A DNA stretch of 63,977 nucleotides, filler included, from Reticulomyxa filosa (lineage: Eukaryota > Protista > Foraminifera), in assembly GCA_000512085.1 (NCBI GenBank). It is 19 parts of 19 records of this genome, joined end to end, with 100 filler letters (N's around TTAATTAATTAA, not from the genome) between each part and the next. Parts side by side here need not be neighbours in the genome. Positions count along the whole stretch, not along the records: positions 59,102 to 63,977 come from ASPP01005418.1; 18 more parts are not named here. One strand, 5' to 3'. Shown piece by piece: positions 60,079-63,977 of this stretch. The first letter of the stretch is position 1; the number at the start of each line of letters is the position of its first letter. Under the pieces are notes generated by a model, which ran no database searches, was not told where the DNA came from, and worked only from the letters and a program-made list of their open reading frames with translations. Both the position numbers and the translations under genes were made by a program.

Positions 60079-62973
60079 TTACTGCATGACTTGCTGTACC
60101 GTACCTTCTTTGTCCTTTTTGTATTGTAGTACCTTGGTATCGCACTCTTCCCAGGCATAATCAGGCAAAGAATCAAAATCTTGTAGACTAATCTGGCTGT
60201 TATTGCCATTGGCGCTACTATCAATGATAATACGTTGTCGCTTGGGTTCAGGCATTTCACACCCGTTGCTCAACTTGCGTTTACGATTATTGGTGCTCTC
60301 ATTTTCCGCGCTCTTTGGTAAGTTGGGTTCTATATTTTTTGTCCCCAGCGCTTCATTTGCCGGTCTTGTGATTTGTTGCATTCCTTCCTGATCAAGACCT
60401 TTCCTTGCACTTTGAAAACCACTTGTTGGCATTGGTTTTGTGGAGGAAGAGTGACAAGGATCCCATTCACTTTCTTTTTTGTCCACATTTTCTGGTTGCA
60501 TTGTGCTTGTTTGCGAAACAAGTGTATTTGTTTGCAGTGATTTTTCTGTTTCGTTTGTGACTTGTGTATCCTTGTAGTCAGTTCCATTGAAGGTTTGCGA
60601 CAATTCATCGATCGGATAGCTCTCGAAATCGGCTTTTGTAGCCTCCATTTCGTCACTATTTTCCATTTCTATTTTGTTTGCAAAAGATCACAATGTTCAT
60701 TTTTCTCTGTGGATCATACTTTTGCAAATGGCAATCAACAGATGTATGTAAAAACAGTGCTATAACCTTGCAAAAACCTCTCGAATTGCTCTAATTTGGA
60801 AGAGGTGCTGGCACTACAGGACTTGTCCGTAGTCGTATTGGCACTACAGGACTTATCCGTAATCGTATTGGCATTATGAGGTCCATTGTCGGAGTGATCA
60901 TCCAATAGGCCTTTTGTTTTGTTTTTTTTGATTTGAATATTTTTGAAAAGTGCAAGCATTTTTACTCTCCATTTGATTAACTGCTGAACGCTCTTCTTGC
61001 AGAAGACAATAAAGAAGTGCCTTTTGGTGGTCTACTGGATTCATTGCCACACGCACTCTCTCCAAGCTTTCTTGGGGCGTGAAACGGTTTGTCTATCTGA
61101 CGACTGAGACCTTTAGACCGATTTGGCTGCGCTTCGAAGCCACAAAACGGATCATTTGCTTCATTCGTGTTGTCTGTTATAAAATGTCCACAAAAATCTC
61201 GCATTATAATACATGTATATTATATAAAGAGAGAGAGAGAGAGACAAACGCAACGTTTCAAAAGCGAATTGAGTGCTGCAAACTTTGAGTTATTTGCACT
61301 CGATGCAACAACAGAAGCTATTGGATCACTTTTGAGCTTGTTTGTGTCGCTATGGTGTAAAGCTCTCTCACTGGGCCAGTCTTCATTGTGCACAGTACAA
61401 GGCCAGAGAAACACAGTCAAACAAAGAGAAATCGTGTTCACTTTGTAGAGGAGAAAGAGAACGGAAAAGGATTATATTTCGCTCCAAGTGACAAACCTTG
61501 TGTTTCATTCGAGAAGCTCTCTTGCTGTTGTGTCACAGAATGCTTTTCCAGACTTGGAGAATTGGACTTGTCATTAGTACCTCGACTGGAAGGGATCGAT
61601 GGTTGAGTGCTACTTGGCGTTGCCAACGGTCTGGGTTTTTTGAATCCCCTTATTTTTTGTTTGATGCATCATTGTCCACGTCAGCGTGTGTTTTTTTGCG
61701 GGGATGCATTTTGACTCTCCCGCTTTGGGCGGTTTGTCACTTTCCTTTTCTTCCACTATCGTCTTTTTGCTGTTGGTATCCACCGTCGCAGGACTTGGCT
61801 TTGCAGTTCACAAACATAGCAACGAAATAAAAACTGTTAATTTTTTTGCAAAAAAAAAAAAAAAGCACCTGTGTACTGAGTTCAGTGTGCGTATCTGCAG
61901 CAGATGTCAGTAATTCAGAATGGCTTGGGGTCGTAGACACCAAAGGAACACTTGAATCACCTGTACACCCATCTAAATCTTTGTTATCTGTAGATGGGCT
62001 TGTATCGTTCTTTTTTTCCTCGGTGGTATTGTTGTCAGTTACTTCATTGAATGACACGTCATTCAATGGAGGCTTGTGCTCTGCATCGTTAGCTATTGGG
62101 ACGTCTTCTTTTGTTTCCTGTTGATTTGCTGGTTGTTCTAAAGTCTCAGCTCGCTCCTCCAATGCACTTGGTGCGGCGTGTATTGTCACCGTTCTGCTGT
62201 CGTTTGGCTCTTTGTTCTGTCAAAATATCATGTTTGCAGTCGTGTCATGGAAGAGCACTTGCTTTGTATACACACAATCAAACCAATCAAACAAACCTCA
62301 ACAGATTCCACACTCTGGATCAAATCGACAGATATCGTGCATTCTGGAATTGGGTTGTCGTTGCTCTCTTCGCTGCAAATTCTTGTTATTAGTTCTTCTT
62401 GTTGCTCTTGCTTTTGACATTGATTTTGCTCTTGAGTGCTTTTTGTTTCCACACTTGCCAACATATTGGAATCGGTTTCATTGCTTTGCTCGGGATTTAG
62501 ATGTAAGACTAATTCTTGGGGAATGTCGCTGGATTCCTCAATCTTGCAACATGGCAGTCCTGACCGAGTCACACCCAATCAAAAACTGTGTTTTATTTCT
62601 AAATTAGTACTCTTAATCAAAATTGATTGGTTGCAAAAAAAAAAAAAGTATTAACTTTCGTTTTACAATTAAGTGTTACTCCAAAAAAAAAAAAAAAATT
62701 CACGTAACAAGCAACGACATAATACACACCTTCAGATCCATTGCATGTGGCTGAGTTGCTTTTATTGTCGTCCACGCTACAATTTCCTTCGTCTGCTTTT
62801 GCTGAACTCATATTTGACTGGTCGTCATCTACAATTGACATCGATTCTCCGCGCTTGAGCTGCATACATTCTATTACTTCGCTTTGATATTGATTTGTTT
62901 GGTTTGTACTTGTGAGTTCTTCTCCAATGATTGAAGCCGTCACTTCCACCTTGCTTCCTTCTTCTGTTGACAT
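60079..62973 (-). CDS. Large multi-exon, intrinsically disordered S/T/E/N-rich hypothetical protein
   Basis: Chain of minus-strand ORF blocks with similar composition separated by short introns; NLS-like RKRK..PKRQR near the C-terminus; 33-bp tandem duplication at about 60805-60873. Confidence 0.55.
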
Positions 62974-63977
62974 GTGAGTGTACCAAAGGAGAGAATTATT
63001 CAAATATCAAACAAGTTAACAAGAGATCTCTTGTGCAAAAGAAAACTCTCTGATTTACAATCGCAAAAGTTGTAACCGTGAAACTAAAGTCAAAATTTTT
63101 CCCTTTTTAAACACTTTCTTTTGTCCTACTCTTTTCACAAAAAGACCTAACATTTAAAAAATGAAACACTTGTCTTTATGAAAAATTTGTGTATGTGTGG
63201 CTTTGTTTTTTTTTTGAAGGTCAGTAAATTAATATACTGATTCAAATCTTAAAAAGCTTGTCAAAGCGCAATAGTTCCAACAAAATGAAACTTTTCAAGA
63301 AGCAATCTTATCCTTAAATTTGCATAAAATACGATTTTTCATGATTAACTTAAAACAAAGGAGGGAATACGTCCTAGATTTTCCGTTCAAAAAAAAAAAC
63401 ACGCTAAGATAGCTCTATTATCAATAGAGGCATTTTTTGGGGAATAAAAGGGCAATTGATAGCCTCGAATTAGAAAAGAAAAGGATTGTTATTCTCCTAG
63501 AACAAATTTATTTTGCAAGAGAGAAAAAACTTCACCCGTGCTTGTTATATACCTTTACGGCCTTAACAAAAGCAAACAAAGGAACAGAACCAATGACAAC
63601 AGATCCAGCACAAAGAATTCGAAGCAGGTGATGGTATTTTTTCAAGCTGATTTTTTTAAAAGTAATTTTTCCAATTGGGCAAAGGCAAAACAAGACCAGA
63701 GAGCAAGAAAAAGAAATAGAGGGGGGGAGGAAGAGTTTTTGATTGACACGCCCCCCTTTTTTTTTTCATATTGATTTTTTTTATTTTTTTTTAGGACATT
63801 ATCCTCACGCACGAATTTAGAAAAAGATATGGAATTGTTGCGTCGTTACTCAAGTCGATATTTGCCACAAACGAATAGCTCATATCGACCCGGACAGTTT
63901 TCAGTTTTGTGTGTGTGTGTGTGCAACGCATGATGCATTTTCGATTTGAACGAATGCAAAAAAAAAAAAAAAAAACG

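Noticed and set aside
63592-63977. Possible gene start MTTDPAQRIRSR at the end of the window
   Set aside because: Too short and frame-ambiguous to call.
1-63977. tRNA, rRNA or CRISPR features
   Set aside because: None recognised by eye; tRNAscan-SE or Infernal would be needed to exclude small RNAs.

Overview
This window is not one locus. It is 19 AT-rich eukaryotic contigs or contig pieces joined by 18 artificial 100-bp spacers (N44-TTAATTAATTAA-N44), so gene neighbourhoods are meaningful only within a contig. The sequence has short spliceosomal introns, long homopolymer and microsatellite tracts, and characteristic expanded WD40 and Kelch families. These point to a rhizarian protist, most likely the foraminiferan Reticulomyxa filosa; this is an inference from remembered family signatures, not a database search. 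Recognisable genes: an intron-containing rhodanese-DsrE fusion, RPA43, stand-alone DHFR, USP, GPAT9, a Bet v1/SRPBCC protein, a VTC polyphosphate polymerase subunit, ICT1, a GH39-like hydrolase with an inserted SUEL lectin, an atypical Rab7-like GTPase, an RPEL-repeat protein, an RNF5-like E3 ligase, ERp29, PARG, a Kelch protein, a BAR-PH protein, an RRM protein, presequence protease, an atypical SDR, DDX41, Hook and fimbrin. Mobile and decayed DNA: a Ty3/gypsy pol relic, a 543-bp TA-flanked MITE and several WD40 pseudogenes. The strongest candidate for an undescribed system is the spliced rhodanese-DsrE two-domain sulfur-relay protein at 554-1524, which the ORF track misses as a single gene. 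Several genes carry single-base frameshifts at homopolymers, probably sequencing errors. One of them, in RPA43, falls exactly on a canonical U-UUA-AAC -1 slippery site. Exon boundaries were assigned by eye and are approximate unless stated.
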